From: Candidatus Obscuribacteraceae bacterium
GTDB taxonomy: Bacteria > Cyanobacteriota > Vampirovibrionia > Obscuribacterales > Obscuribacteraceae
DNA: 64,000 nt
Direction: 5' to 3'
NCBI GenBank assembly: GCA_044229845.1
Contig: JBGASG010000007.1
Location: 221,844 to 285,843, forward strand
Shown: piece by piece, positions 1-10,264 of the stretch
Layout of the letters: each line of letters begins with the position of its first letter
How positions within the stretch are numbered: the first letter of the stretch is position 1
Notes under the pieces: model-generated
Told to the model about the DNA's origin: nothing
Database searches by the model: none
Seen by the model: only the letters and a program-made list of their open reading frames with translations
Translations under genes and position numbers: made by a program

Positions 1-225
1 AGTTGCAACACCTGCCATCCCGGCGGCAAAGAAGGTATGGGTCCGGCTCTCAATCAGCTCAACAAGCACTTTTCGGAGGATGCAATGCTGGTAGCGTTTC
101 TTCGCAAAGGCAAGGGCACCATGCCCGGCCAGCCTAAAAACACCATCGACGACCAGGAGATGAGTGGACTGGTCGTCTACGTGCGGGCGCTTTGCGACGA
201 CCTCAACGAGAGCAAGTCCAAGTAG
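1..225 (+). CDS. c-type cytochrome (5'-truncated by window edge)
   Basis: Frame 1 from base 1 reads SCNTCHPGGKEGMGPAL...KGTMP, giving a CxxCH heme-binding motif and a downstream MP distal-ligand candidate. Confidence 0.8.
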   Translation, partial: SCNTCHPGGKEGMGPALNQLNKHFSEDAMLVAFLRKGKGTMPGQPKNTIDDQEMSGLVVYVRALCDDLNESKSK

Positions 226-265
226 GCACAGCGGTCGGCACTACATGCGGTGCCAGTCCAGTTCG

Positions 266-874
266 CTAGCCGCGCAAAATCCAGAGAATCCATATGATCA
301 ACGCTCCATAGGCCGTGAAAAAAATGGTGCGAGTGAGCAGATTGGCGTGTGGCAGGATTACGGGCGGCACCGGACTGAAGCGTTTGATACTATCCGGAAC
401 TTTCTTTTTGTCAGCCAGATAGTCTGATTGGATGATCATCGGGATCAGTCCGCGGTCTTTGCCCTGCGGGCGATAGAGGACGAGAATCAATCCCGGACTT
501 ATATAAAGCCGCACTACCTGGGTCCAGTTGACCGAGCGCCTTTGCGGCCAGTACGGTGCCCTGTATTTGATGCCGTAGCCCGAGAGTTGCAGGCTGGATG
601 GGCTGAGGTAGGGTCTGAGACCCAGCAGCAACGCGAGCAACGCAATTGTGATGAAGAAGCCTTCAATGTTCAAGAAGAGCTTCCAGTTGCCGGAGAGCCA
701 CAGCCCTTCCCAGCAATATCGAGCCAGTCCGGCATACACGGCGGAAAGGATGATGCAAAAAATCAGCTCGGCCGGCTCGCGCGGTTCGACGAAATTGTCC
801 TGCACGTCCTTATCGACGGCGGCGGAAGCGGTCGGCGGATAAAGGTCGGCGTATGGATCGAACTCTTCTTCCAT
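266..874 (-). CDS. hypothetical membrane protein
   Basis: 202-aa ORF with about three hydrophobic segments. Confidence 0.65.
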   Translation of the reverse strand: MEEEFDPYADLYPPTASAAVDKDVQDNFVEPREPAELIFCIILSAVYAGLARYCWEGLWLSGNWKLFLNIEGFFITIALLALLLGLRPYLSPSSLQLSGYGIKYRAPYWPQRRSVNWTQVVRLYISPGLILVLYRPQGKDRGLIPMIIQSDYLADKKKVPDSIKRFSPVPPVILPHANLLTRTIFFTAYGALIIWILWILRG

Positions 875-999
875 TTATTGCAAAGCTGTCTAAAAACGAA
901 TTCTATCTGCCACCGACAACTAAGGTAAGTACCACAATAGCCCATAGAGAGAACCTCTGACAAGGTGAAAATCCTGGGATAAAGAGTGGTGAGGGCAGC

Positions 1000-2679
1000 T
1001 CAAATCTGGTTGGTGCCGAACACTTCCAGGGCTGACTGCGCCGCTCGTTTCTTCCTCTGCCCCGGTTCGGCAAGGTGCTCGGACATCATGGCTTTGTAGA
1101 ACTCCTGGTCGAAATCGCGAGCCCGAACCACCACCGGCATCGGCACCGCGTAACCGAGCACGAGCGCTTGCTGCTTGGGATCGAGCTGGGCAAGCACCGT
1201 GCGCAGTGTCTGGCTGCCGGCAACGCCTGTGAACACCGCGTCAATATCCTTGTCGTCGTTGAGCAGGGCCGTCACGCGCGTCCCGATCTGAGAGAGAATT
1301 TCCGGATCGATGCCGCTCGGCCTTTGATCGACGATCAACAGGGTGACGAAATACTTGCGCATTTCTCGGGCGATGATCCCGAAGATGGTTTGTTTGGCCA
1401 CTTGTGGTGCCAAAAACTTGTGCGCTTCTTCGATGACGATCATCAATTTGCGCGGCGCTGCCGTCTTCTCGGGATTGGCCTGATGCAACTCGGAGAGGCG
1501 CACATACTGGCTGTGAATGCGGCGGGTGATGATATTGGTGGCCAGCATGTAGGAGAGCAGGTTGTTCTGCCGTCCGAACTCGAGCACGATGTGCTTGCCT
1601 GATTGCACATAGCGCAGCAGATCCTCGATGTAGTTGTGCGGTGCTCGCGGCATGAGATAGGCTGTCTTCTGAACAATTGTGTTCAGTCGGCGCTGCAGAG
1701 TTTTGATGGCGGAAGGATGCCCCTTGTTCATTTCGACGAACTCTTCGATCTCTTCGCCGGTCATGTCCAGCAAAAGCGAGATCCAGTCCTGTCCCAGGCG
1801 TTCTTTAACGATATAGGCATTTTCTATCGCTGCGTCGGTGAGCGCCAGCTCTCCTTTCAGAAGTTCGAGATCTTCGATTTCGATCTGGTCGTAGCCGATG
1901 AAAAATTCGTGCACGTCAGGCAGTCCGCGGGCTTTCGAAGACTCGCTGTCCAGGCTGAAGACGGCCACATCCGGTCCGAAAAGTTGTTTCAGTCCTTTGA
2001 CGCGCGGCTGTCCTTTATTTTCCGACATGGCTTGCCAGCCGTATTCGTTGTGCATATCGAAAATCAAGACGGATGCCAGATCTTTTTTGATCACGCCGCA
2101 GAGGAAGATGCGTGTAAGAAACGACTTGCCGGTTCCTGACTTGCCAAAGATGCCGTTGGAACGCTCAATAAAGCGTTCAAGATCGACGCAAATCGGAATC
2201 TCCATGTTCAACGGGCGACCGATGTTGAAGAAACTATTGGTACTACCGGCGGTGTTATCTTCCTGACCGAAAACGAGAGCGAAGTCTTCCTTGCTGGCTT
2301 CGAATACCGGCGAGAAATGGCTGGGGATAGTTTTCACCGGGCGCAGGTTGAGTTCGCCTGCCGCCGACAGCTCCAGCATCAGCATCGGCTGCACTTTCAC
2401 GGTACCGTAAGTGGCAACGCCGGAAAGGACATCAAGAACGAAGTCATCCGGATCTCGCAGCATTTGCGGGTTACTGAGCATTTGTGCGTTGGTGGCAGAT
2501 AAAGAAACGTCGGTCAGCATACTGAAGAACCGCGTTTGTCGTCCTTCGACCACGACAAATCGGCCGACCCGCAAATCTTCGACGCTGACGCTGTGATCGA
2601 GGCGCATTTCCAGCCCCGTGGACAGCGCCCCCGCGGTGATTATGCCGATTTGATCCAACTTTGCTCTTTTTTTACGCAA
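1000..2679 (-). CDS. HerA-like/DUF87 ATPase (HAS barrel plus FtsK-HerA P-loop)
   Basis: Walker A GKSGTGKS, IFDMHNEY, Walker B IVIEEAHKF, AREMRKY and DQRP motifs. Confidence 0.85.
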   Translation of the reverse strand: MRKKRAKLDQIGIITAGALSTGLEMRLDHSVSVEDLRVGRFVVVEGRQTRFFSMLTDVSLSATNAQMLSNPQMLRDPDDFVLDVLSGVATYGTVKVQPMLMLELSAAGELNLRPVKTIPSHFSPVFEASKEDFALVFGQEDNTAGSTNSFFNIGRPLNMEIPICVDLERFIERSNGIFGKSGTGKSFLTRIFLCGVIKKDLASVLIFDMHNEYGWQAMSENKGQPRVKGLKQLFGPDVAVFSLDSESSKARGLPDVHEFFIGYDQIEIEDLELLKGELALTDAAIENAYIVKERLGQDWISLLLDMTGEEIEEFVEMNKGHPSAIKTLQRRLNTIVQKTAYLMPRAPHNYIEDLLRYVQSGKHIVLEFGRQNNLLSYMLATNIITRRIHSQYVRLSELHQANPEKTAAPRKLMIVIEEAHKFLAPQVAKQTIFGIIAREMRKYFVTLLIVDQRPSGIDPEILSQIGTRVTALLNDDKDIDAVFTGVAGSQTLRTVLAQLDPKQQALVLGYAVPMPVVVRARDFDQEFYKAMMSEHLAEPGQRKKRAAQSALEVFGTNQI

Positions 2680-2680
2680 C

Positions 2681-2950
2681 TTATGCTTTTACGGCAAAGC
2701 CGAGGAGTCGTGCGAACTCCTGCACGGCGGCTTTCTTCTGGTCGCCGGGGAAAGTTCTGGTTCGCAGCACCTTTGCTTCGTCCTCTCCTTCGTACTCAGT
2801 GAGTGTGTAGACGAGTGGCTCATTCAGGCTGCGTTCAAGCTTCAGCAAATTGCCGTCGGTGCCGGTGGCGCCCACCAATCCCCAGGTGCCGTCCAGCGAC
2901 TTGACGATGTCTTCAACTGTGTGGGGCCATTGCGGTCTCATGATTGCCAT
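2681..2950 (-). CDS. hypothetical protein
   Basis: ATG at 2950 preceded by a GGAGG-like RBS; abuts the HerA-like gene. Confidence 0.55.
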   Translation of the reverse strand: MAIMRPQWPHTVEDIVKSLDGTWGLVGATGTDGNLLKLERSLNEPLVYTLTEYEGEDEAKVLRTRTFPGDQKKAAVQEFARLLGFAVKA

Positions 2951-3062
2951 CTCTTTCAAACCTCCAAGTGCTTTAGAAGTCCTCGGTCTTATCTGAAGCC
3001 CCACGCTCGCAGCAGCCGAGCATATGGGCTTTCGGTCAGGTACCCGCAATAAGGAAAGAAAC

Positions 3063-3142
<80 letters not shown>

Positions 3143-3483
3143 TCGACTGGGATTACATACTATAACAGTCTGCCCTAAATTCTCTACTCTATATGAGCGA
3201 GTTTTTTTGCAATTTAAATGGCGTAGAATGAACTGAGGACCTCATTCCAAGCTGAGCTCGAGGTGAGCTTGAAGCTGAGACGGAATGCCCGATTCACATA
3301 AGCGGCTCCCGGGGGGACCCGTCATCCAGCCAGTCACCATGCGGCAATTGCTGCTTGCAGTCGGCGATGATCGCAGCGGCCGAGTGCCGAAACCCGCAAC
3401 AGATGGCAATATTTTATCTTCTCAACAGGTTAAACAAGTGCGAATGGGCATAAATACATTAATCAATACCGGGAAGTCCCACC

Positions 3484-4011
3484 ATGATTGAAATGCACGT
3501 TGCTGGGATTGCGCTGGATGCTCGCAACGGGCATCCTATCGTCGTTTTGAACGACCCCAGCAAGCGGCGTGCTCTGCCCATCTGGATCGGCATGTTCGAA
3601 GCCAATGCTATCACCCGCGCTCTGGACAACTACAAACCGGAACGCCCGATGACGCATGATCTTTTGCTGGCAGCCATCACCCAGCTGGGGTTCAGGGTCA
3701 AGCACATTGAAATCAACGAACTGTCGGCCAACACCTATTTCGCGACGATAGTTTTGCAGGTCAACGATCCCACCAACAAAGTGTCCGACATTACCAAGCC
3801 CATCGATGCAAGGCCGTCCGATGCGATTGCGCTGGCATTGCGGGCCAAAGCTCCGATTTTTGTTTCACCGCAAGTGGTGGCCGAAGGCACGATACCGGCT
3901 GACTTCGAACGCGATGAAGCGGAAGCGGAAGAGTTCAAGGCATTTATCGAGAATTTGAAAGCGTCGGATTTCCAGCCGGGCGGCGAAGGCAAACCGGGCA
4001 ACGGCGATTAA
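3484..4011 (+). CDS. bifunctional nuclease family protein (DUF151)
   Basis: LPIWIGMFEANAI, RPMTHDLL and IDARPSDAIALALR motifs. Confidence 0.9.
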   Translation: MIEMHVAGIALDARNGHPIVVLNDPSKRRALPIWIGMFEANAITRALDNYKPERPMTHDLLLAAITQLGFRVKHIEINELSANTYFATIVLQVNDPTNKVSDITKPIDARPSDAIALALRAKAPIFVSPQVVAEGTIPADFERDEAEAEEFKAFIENLKASDFQPGGEGKPGNGD

Positions 4012-4016
4012 TAGAT

Positions 4017-4370
4017 TCAACTGCTGCTGCGCTTGAGTGCCTGTTTGAGCGCCGATTCCAGCGTTTGTATTTTTGCTTCCAGCTGTTTTTCGCGATCGCT
4101 TTGTACCGAAACTGCCAGTTTTTGATCTTGCACTTCCCAGTCCGAAAGCGTCTTGTCCTGGACCACCTTTTGCTGGCGCAAAAGAAATCCGGCGCCACCA
4201 AATGCGAGGCAAGCGACCAGATACGAAATCAGCATGCCGGTGCCCAGTGTCATGCTGATCGAGGCGCCGAAAATGTTCGCGGATACAGCTGAGCCGTTCA
4301 TGATTGTAAGTGTGCCGACGATCACCATAGAAACGGCAATCAATAGAATGGCGAGCAGTTGTCGGGACAT
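4017..4370 (-). CDS. small membrane protein with C-terminal coiled coil (LapA-like topology)
   Basis: Two hydrophobic helices followed by a heptad-like tail; start uncertain (4370 or 4412). Confidence 0.55.
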   Translation of the reverse strand: MSRQLLAILLIAVSMVIVGTLTIMNGSAVSANIFGASISMTLGTGMLISYLVACLAFGGAGFLLRQQKVVQDKTLSDWEVQDQKLAVSVQSDREKQLEAKIQTLESALKQALKRSSS

Positions 4371-4536
4371 AGAGCGCTCCTGAGTCCTTGATTGGTGGTC
4401 CGCATTGGCCAAGGTGATTTTAGCAGGCTGACAGGTACCTGGCTCCGGCGCTGCGCTTGCGCACGCACTGTGTTTCAGCGTCTTCCGCTGATGGCGCGGG
4501 GCGGTTGCACCTGCAATCTTCTTTCATGAAGATCGG

Positions 4537-5481
4537 TTACCGCAGCGCTGCCAGCAGCTGTTCCAGGTCGGCTGGCAGAGGACAGGCAAACTGCATTTGG
4601 CGGTCGTCGATCGGGTGGCGGAAGGCGATGAAACTGGAGTGCAGCGCGTGACCTTTGATGCCGAGTTGCTTGCGCGCCTGCTCGCTGCCCGTGGACTTGC
4701 GGTTGTAAATCAGGTCGCCGACCAGGGGCGCACCAACGCTCGCCATGTGCACTCTGATCTGGTGCGTGCGGCCGGTTTCGAGCTTGGCTTCGATCTGGCA
4801 CCATTTATGCCCGGTACGCAATGTTTGATAGTGTGTGACAGCGCGCTTTCCGCCCTCGACGACGGACATCTTCTTGCGATCGGTCGGGTGGCGGCCGATT
4901 GGTTTATCGATGGTGGCATCTGGCGGTACCGGGATGCCTTCCAGCACGGCCAGATAAACGCGACTGACAGTGCGCTTTTCGATGGCAGCCGCCAGTGCAT
5001 GATGAGCGCGATCCGACTTAGCCACAAGCATGACGCCGGAGGTGTCTTTGTCCAGGCGATGCACGATGCCCGGGCGCAGCACGCCTCCGATGCCGGAAAG
5101 TGTGTTTCCGCAGTGATACAACAGCGCGTTGACGAGAGTGCCCGTATTCACGCCGGCGCCGGGATGAGTGACCATGCCGGCCGGTTTGTTGACGACGATC
5201 AGGTGCTGGTCTTCAAACAATACATCCAGTGGAATGTCCTCGGCCGGTAAGGCCAGTTCCAGCCCGCCCGGCACAATCACCGAAACCAATTCGCCGCCCA
5301 GTAATTTGGCAGCCGCTTTGCTTGGTTTGCCGTTTAACAGCACCAGTCCATCGGAGATCAGTTTTTGCACGCGAGACCGGCTCATTTCCTCGCCCTGGAA
5401 AAACTGCACCAGAAACTGGTCCAGGCGGGAAGCATCCTCCAGATCATCGACGGCAATCTCGAAAGTGCGCTCTTCAGGCAT
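4537..5481 (-). CDS. rluD: RluA-family pseudouridine synthase with S4 domain (RluD)
   Basis: RLDQFL S4 start, NKPAGMVTHP, catalytic HRLDKDTSG, GRTHQIRVH; ATG 5481 overlaps the end of lspA. Confidence 0.92.
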   Translation of the reverse strand: MPEERTFEIAVDDLEDASRLDQFLVQFFQGEEMSRSRVQKLISDGLVLLNGKPSKAAAKLLGGELVSVIVPGGLELALPAEDIPLDVLFEDQHLIVVNKPAGMVTHPGAGVNTGTLVNALLYHCGNTLSGIGGVLRPGIVHRLDKDTSGVMLVAKSDRAHHALAAAIEKRTVSRVYLAVLEGIPVPPDATIDKPIGRHPTDRKKMSVVEGGKRAVTHYQTLRTGHKWCQIEAKLETGRTHQIRVHMASVGAPLVGDLIYNRKSTGSEQARKQLGIKGHALHSSFIAFRHPIDDRQMQFACPLPADLEQLLAALR

Positions 5482-6007
5482 CTTTCGGATCCTGTGTGAT
5501 GGCCTCTTCCTGGGCTTGGCGTTCCGGCGTTTGCGGCGGAGCGCGAAACGCTTGAATAAACAGCAAGCCGATGCCCACGTCGATGATGGCATCGGCAAAA
5601 TTGAAAACCGGAAACTGCACGAATGCAAATTCTATAAAGTCGGTCACGCGGCCGGCCGTAAACCGATCGACAAGGTTGCCGGCGGCCCCGCCCAGAATCA
5701 AGCCCAGTCCGATGCTTTCCAGTGGGGCGGGCGGATCTCTCCGGCGCTCGCGGTGATAGATCCAGTAAACGATGGCGGCGCACACTGATATCGCCAGTAG
5801 TGTCATAAATTCTTTGGAGTTCTTGCCTATTCCGAAGGCCCCGCCAGTATTGGTGGTGAGCACAAACTGCAGGAATCCCGGTATAAAGGACTGGCGCATG
5901 CCTTCCTGTAAGCAGCTGCGCGCCCATACCTTGGTCGAGAAGTCCACGGCGGTCGTGGCCAGAGCTACTGCCGCAGTGATGCCCCATCTCTGTTTGGCGG
6001 TTTGCAT
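5474..6007 (-). CDS. lspA: lipoprotein signal peptidase II
   Basis: NTGGAFG, GAAGNLVDR, VTDFI and FNFADAII motifs. Confidence 0.95.
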   Translation of the reverse strand: MQTAKQRWGITAAVALATTAVDFSTKVWARSCLQEGMRQSFIPGFLQFVLTTNTGGAFGIGKNSKEFMTLLAISVCAAIVYWIYHRERRRDPPAPLESIGLGLILGGAAGNLVDRFTAGRVTDFIEFAFVQFPVFNFADAIIDVGIGLLFIQAFRAPPQTPERQAQEEAITQDPKDA

Positions 6008-6045
6008 GGCTTACACTGAGTAATGGTTTGCGTTGTTTTCGCCGG

Positions 6046-7053
6046 CTATTTGGGCAGCTCCGGCGCTTTCTTCTCGGTAGTGCTGGTGGCGGTGCTGGTG
6101 GCATCGATGGACTTCTCTTCGTCCATGTGCGGCACCACATTCAGCCGCCTGGTCAAGAAAGCAATGCCTTTCAGAGAACTCTTAGATGAGTCCGTCAAGC
6201 CGATGGTGGCCATGAGCAACTCATTGCGGTTTTTTAGATTGGCGGTCATCACGCGCTCAAGCAGGGGGTGATCGATGGTCGGCTCATTCATCGGGCGCCA
6301 GGCGTCGCTGGGTTGCGGCTGCGGATATTGGAGCGGTGTGCTGGTGATCGAGCCGACGGCGCTCAGTCCTGGTTCCAGATTCAGCTCCAGGCGAGCTGTG
6401 TAGTTGCGGTTGGCTTTCACCTGTTCCGGTGCGGCGAATACGGCTTGCAGCTGGCGAGCCAGTCCAAATGCCACTTTCACTTTCTCGTAATCGATGCGGT
6501 CACCGATAATTTTCCAGGCCGCACCCTGTTTCTTCAGGTAGAGCTGTCCTTCGGATACCGATTGCAACTCGCCCTTGGTGCCGATGCCGGGCATTTCTTT
6601 AGCGGTGGTGCCGGTGGCCATGTCTCGCGACTCGACGGTGGCAAAGCCGCCTTCGACTCTGATTTGTTTGGTAACCGAAGAAGATTTGGCATCCGGATAA
6701 GTTTTCCAGAAGTCCTGCGTGAGAGCGCTCACAGCCTTCTTATCCAGGCCGTCGTTGTTCATGTAATCGTCGGCGTAATAACCCATGACGCTGTCGAGAT
6801 TGTGCTCGTTCCATTCCTTCTCGATGGTGGAGAGTAATTTCTCGATATCGCTTTTTTCGCTGTCAGTCTTGGGGATGGCGACGTCCGGCTCGCCTGCGGA
6901 GGTCTCGCTGGATGTTGCGGATCTGGTCTCGGCGGCAGCGGCCGGTCTGGGTGATGCCTGCCCATTGTCATCCGCCGCGAGAGTCGGCAGAGACAGCGAA
7001 CTGCACATCAGGGCGCCGAGCGCCAGTAGCTTCACGCGACGCAGTTCGACCAC
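6046..7053 (-). CDS. secreted NTF2/SnoaL-like domain protein
   Basis: N-terminal signal peptide; IEKEWNEHNLDSVMGYYADDY...DG NTF2-like segment. Confidence 0.65.
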   Translation of the reverse strand: MVELRRVKLLALGALMCSSLSLPTLAADDNGQASPRPAAAAETRSATSSETSAGEPDVAIPKTDSEKSDIEKLLSTIEKEWNEHNLDSVMGYYADDYMNNDGLDKKAVSALTQDFWKTYPDAKSSSVTKQIRVEGGFATVESRDMATGTTAKEMPGIGTKGELQSVSEGQLYLKKQGAAWKIIGDRIDYEKVKVAFGLARQLQAVFAAPEQVKANRNYTARLELNLEPGLSAVGSITSTPLQYPQPQPSDAWRPMNEPTIDHPLLERVMTANLKNRNELLMATIGLTDSSKSSLKGIAFLTRRLNVVPHMDEEKSIDATSTATSTTEKKAPELPK

Positions 7054-7266
7054 AGGTTCCTCCAGTTGAAGTCAGTGACATTATACAGAGGTAGAAGCTG
7101 GCGCGCTCTGGAGCGAGTTTCATCTCGCCCCAGAACCGGGTTTGGTGCCAGTGCAATGCCGACAGGCTGAACCGGCTCGCCGCCGCCCGCTCACGCGTAT
7201 CCGATCGGTTTGGTTTCGGCTCGATGTCAGCCGTACCGGTCTTCTGGAGCCCGGTGAGCGACCTGA

Positions 7267-8205
7267 CTAGACTGCGACGAGCAGCTTATCCATCGCGGAG
7301 ATGTTCTCCTTGATGCTCTCTGCCGATTTCTTCAGAGCTGCCACTTCCGCATCCGTCAGCTTGAGCTCGAGAATCTTCTTGACGCCTTCGCGACCGAGGG
7401 TGGCCGGCAGTCCGACGTAGACATCCTTGAGCCCGTGTTGACCGTCTGCGTAGACGCAGCAGGGAAGCAACCGATTAGAATCTTTGAGAATCGCTTCTAC
7501 CATCACGGTAGCCGAGGCTCCCGGCGCGTAGTAGGCGCTGCCTGTGCCGAGCAGCTTGACGATTTCGGCGCCGCCGTCGCGGGTGCGCTGTGATAGAGCT
7601 TCCACGCGCTCAGCAGACATCAGTTCGGTGATTGGTACGCCGTTCACTGTTGAGTAGCGCGGCAGAGGCACCATCAGGTCTCCGTGTCCGCCCAGAACCA
7701 TGGCGCGCACGTCGGTGACCGAACAGTTCAATTCCATCCCGATAAACGATTGGAAACGGGCGCTGTCCAGTACGCCCGCCATACCCACCACGCGGCTGGT
7801 CGGCAACTTGGTTGTTTTCCAGGTGAGGTAAGTCATCACATCCAGCGGATTGGTGACGCAGATAAAGATGGCATCCGGCGAGTGTTTGAGCAGATTCTCG
7901 CTGACATCGCGGACGATTTTGGCATTGATTTTGAGCAAGTCGTCGCGGCTCATTCCGGGCTTGCGGGCTACGCCGGCTGTGATTACGACTACATCCGAAC
8001 CTTTCGTGTCTTTGTAGTCATTGGTTCCATGAATCTTGCGGTCGTGTCCATGAATCGGAGCCGCTTCCATCAAATCGAGGGACTTGCCCTGGGGAATGCC
8101 TTCCAAGATGTCGATCAAAACGACATCGGCAATATCTTTTTCGGCTACATACTGAGCGGTTGTTGCTCCAACGAAGCCTGCTCCGACAACGGTAACTTTG
8201 CTCAC
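7267..8205 (-). CDS. mdh: malate dehydrogenase (LDH-like MDH)
   Basis: GAGFVG, ARKPGMSRDDLL, MAGVLDSARF, VLGGHGD; GTG at 8205 with AGGGAGG RBS. Confidence 0.95.
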   Translation of the reverse strand: MSKVTVVGAGFVGATTAQYVAEKDIADVVLIDILEGIPQGKSLDLMEAAPIHGHDRKIHGTNDYKDTKGSDVVVITAGVARKPGMSRDDLLKINAKIVRDVSENLLKHSPDAIFICVTNPLDVMTYLTWKTTKLPTSRVVGMAGVLDSARFQSFIGMELNCSVTDVRAMVLGGHGDLMVPLPRYSTVNGVPITELMSAERVEALSQRTRDGGAEIVKLLGTGSAYYAPGASATVMVEAILKDSNRLLPCCVYADGQHGLKDVYVGLPATLGREGVKKILELKLTDAEVAALKKSAESIKENISAMDKLLVAV

Positions 8206-8243
8206 AATCACACCCTCCCTGGTGCGCCGCCGTCTGACTCCGT

Positions 8244-8271
8244 AAATCTCAACCGATATCGGTTGGCGTTT
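8244..8271. repeat. intergenic palindromic repeat, copy 1 (core 8251-8264)
   Basis: aaatctc-AACCGATATCGGTT-ggcgttt, just upstream of mdh. Confidence 0.95.
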
Positions 8272-8533
8272 TTGGCGGCTGGCAAATTTCTCTGGGAGCG
8301 TCAATTTACCACGTGATACAGGGATATCCCAGCCATGAGTACAGATCCCGTTATTTTTGATTCTTTACGACTTTGGTTAAAACCGCCTGGCAGCCGGGCG
8401 GGAAATTTCAGTCCATGGCATTCTGTATTTCATGGGGCGCGAGTGGTGAAAACACTGCTGTAATCGCGCGAAATGGACTTTAGGATATAGAATACAAGTA
8501 GTTCTTTGCGGAGAACTCGGACAGGAGGAGTTA

Positions 8534-9232
8534 GTGAGGCTGCCAGTTCTGTTGGACCATACGAAACGGACATGGACTAGCGTGACCAGCGCATCCCTGC
8601 TGGTTCTTTCGCTTGCTTACCCGACCCTGACTCTGGCAGCAGATACAGCTGACCTAAAACCGCTGTCCCCTAAAGTGGACACCTCAACTCCTATCGATGC
8701 CCCGAAGAAGTTGCGCCCGCTCATGGGTTCTGTCCAGCATAGCGATAGAGTGCACTCAGGAACCACCGTCAACAAAGCCGCAAAGCTGAATGCCAACGCA
8801 TCGAGCACCCAGGCGAAGGCTGGACTGAAAAACCTGATGAACGCCCTCAAGGCGCGAACAGACGACAATACGCTGAAAGCGAAAGTCAAGGATGACCAGC
8901 TTAAAGCCCAGGCTCAATCGAGTTTCGGCATTATAGGCGTGAAATTCGTGCTCACCCTGGGGCACCCGCCTGTCATCAACCGAGTCTTTCCAGGTACGCC
9001 TGCCTGGGACAAAGGTCTTAAATTCGACGATCAGATAGTTGCGGTCGACGGCGTTCCAACGCTGGGGCTCACCAAAGACGAGGTTTATGACCTGATCATC
9101 GGCAGTCCCGGAACTCCGGTGGCACTTACCATCATGCGCAATGGCGACTTTATGCGTTGTACCTGTATGCGCATGGACATCAACGAAATTCGCGACCCTC
9201 TGGTTCGGCGCGACTACATGATGCACATGTAG
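8534..9232 (+). CDS. secreted PDZ-domain protein
   Basis: Signal peptide; FGIIGVKF...VFPGTPA..GLKFDDQIVAVDG PDZ motifs. Confidence 0.85.
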   Translation: MRLPVLLDHTKRTWTSVTSASLLVLSLAYPTLTLAADTADLKPLSPKVDTSTPIDAPKKLRPLMGSVQHSDRVHSGTTVNKAAKLNANASSTQAKAGLKNLMNALKARTDDNTLKAKVKDDQLKAQAQSSFGIIGVKFVLTLGHPPVINRVFPGTPAWDKGLKFDDQIVAVDGVPTLGLTKDEVYDLIIGSPGTPVALTIMRNGDFMRCTCMRMDINEIRDPLVRRDYMMHM

Positions 9233-9269
9233 GTTCAATTTTTCAGTGTTTTTGCATACCCGCTTCTGA

Positions 9270-9323
9270 AACTCAACCGATATCGGTTGAGTTCCGCGAT
9301 CTGAACCGATATCGGTTGGGGTT
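9270..9323. repeat. palindromic repeat pair, copies 2-3 (cores 9275-9288 and 9304-9317)
   Basis: 24-bp perfect palindrome aactcAACCGATATCGGTTgagtt, with a second core 29 bp downstream. Confidence 0.95.
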
Positions 9324-9348
9324 GAGGCGACGGGGGATATAATATCCC

Positions 9349-10227
9349 GTGATGAAACTGTGTATAGATGCCACCAGATTTGGTTTCGGGCTGATCGAAG
9401 CAGTAGAACTGGCTGCCATGAAGGGCGCTCAGGCTGTCGAATATGCCTTTGAGCCCTTCGAGACGGGCTCCAAAGGTGGTGCGACGCTGTCGGCGCAGGA
9501 AAAAACCTATTTGCAGCAGGTGCGAACTCAGTGCCAGCGTCTGGAAGTTGAAATCGCATGCCTGCGTCTTAATACCTGGCTGAATGTGACGGACAAAAAA
9601 GCAGTCAAGCATTTTCAGCAAATGATGAAGAAGCTGGGGCGCGTTGCCGATGTCGCGGGCTGCTCCCGTCTGGCTATTTCGCTCCAACCCATGAGTGAGG
9701 ATCAGTGGATCAACCTGGCCGTGACAGCGCTGACGCCGGTGATTGCCGATCTGGATAAAAACAACGTCAAATTGCTGCTTTCGCTGGCCACCCCGCAGGT
9801 TAATCTGGGGCAACCGCTGCGCAGCTGGCGCCCGCTGGAGCCCCACGAGGTGCGCAATTTGCTCGCCGAATTGCCGGGGCTGTCTCTATCGTTTTCAGCA
9901 GCGGACATGGCGTGGCAGAACATCGACTACTTGCAACTGCTGCCGCATTTTGTTGCGGCGATTGAACACGTGGAAGCCAATGACGTTGAGATCAATCGAG
10001 CGATGCTGGCCGACAGCGGTCTGTTCGGTCCTCTCTGGTGGCGCTATCGGATGCCAGGAAAGGGGCAGATCGACTGGAGACAACTGGTGGAGGCGCTCAA
10101 GCTGTATGACTACAAGGGCACCTTGTCCATTCATATCGAGGATGAGTTTGCCGGCGAATCGATCCAGGATCTTGAAGACTCGCTGGAGACTAGCGTAAAA
10201 TTCTTGCGCCCACTGCTCAAGTATTGA
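9349..10227 (+). CDS. sugar phosphate isomerase/epimerase family TIM barrel (AP endonuclease 2 fold)
   Basis: HVEAND, WWRYRMPGKGQIDW and LSIHIED motifs. Confidence 0.8.
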   Translation: MMKLCIDATRFGFGLIEAVELAAMKGAQAVEYAFEPFETGSKGGATLSAQEKTYLQQVRTQCQRLEVEIACLRLNTWLNVTDKKAVKHFQQMMKKLGRVADVAGCSRLAISLQPMSEDQWINLAVTALTPVIADLDKNNVKLLLSLATPQVNLGQPLRSWRPLEPHEVRNLLAELPGLSLSFSAADMAWQNIDYLQLLPHFVAAIEHVEANDVEINRAMLADSGLFGPLWWRYRMPGKGQIDWRQLVEALKLYDYKGTLSIHIEDEFAGESIQDLEDSLETSVKFLRPLLKY

Positions 10228-10264
10228 TATTACAGATGGTGTCAGACGACCGACGGGGCGTGTT

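Noticed and set aside
4092..4099. HIP1 (GCGATCGC) as an abundant repeat
   Set aside because: I noticed only a few scattered copies, not obviously above expectation for GC-rich DNA; not formally counted
8206..8304. ORF-track N-terminal extensions of mdh and lipA, and ORFs containing LNRYR or QPISV
   Set aside because: These peptides are translations of the palindrome; better starts lie downstream (8205 with an RBS, and 19820)
9270..9323. Palindrome doublets as mini-CRISPR arrays
   Set aside because: There are only two units per locus, the gaps between cores (13-22 bp) are mostly conserved arms rather than unique spacers, and no cas genes are present
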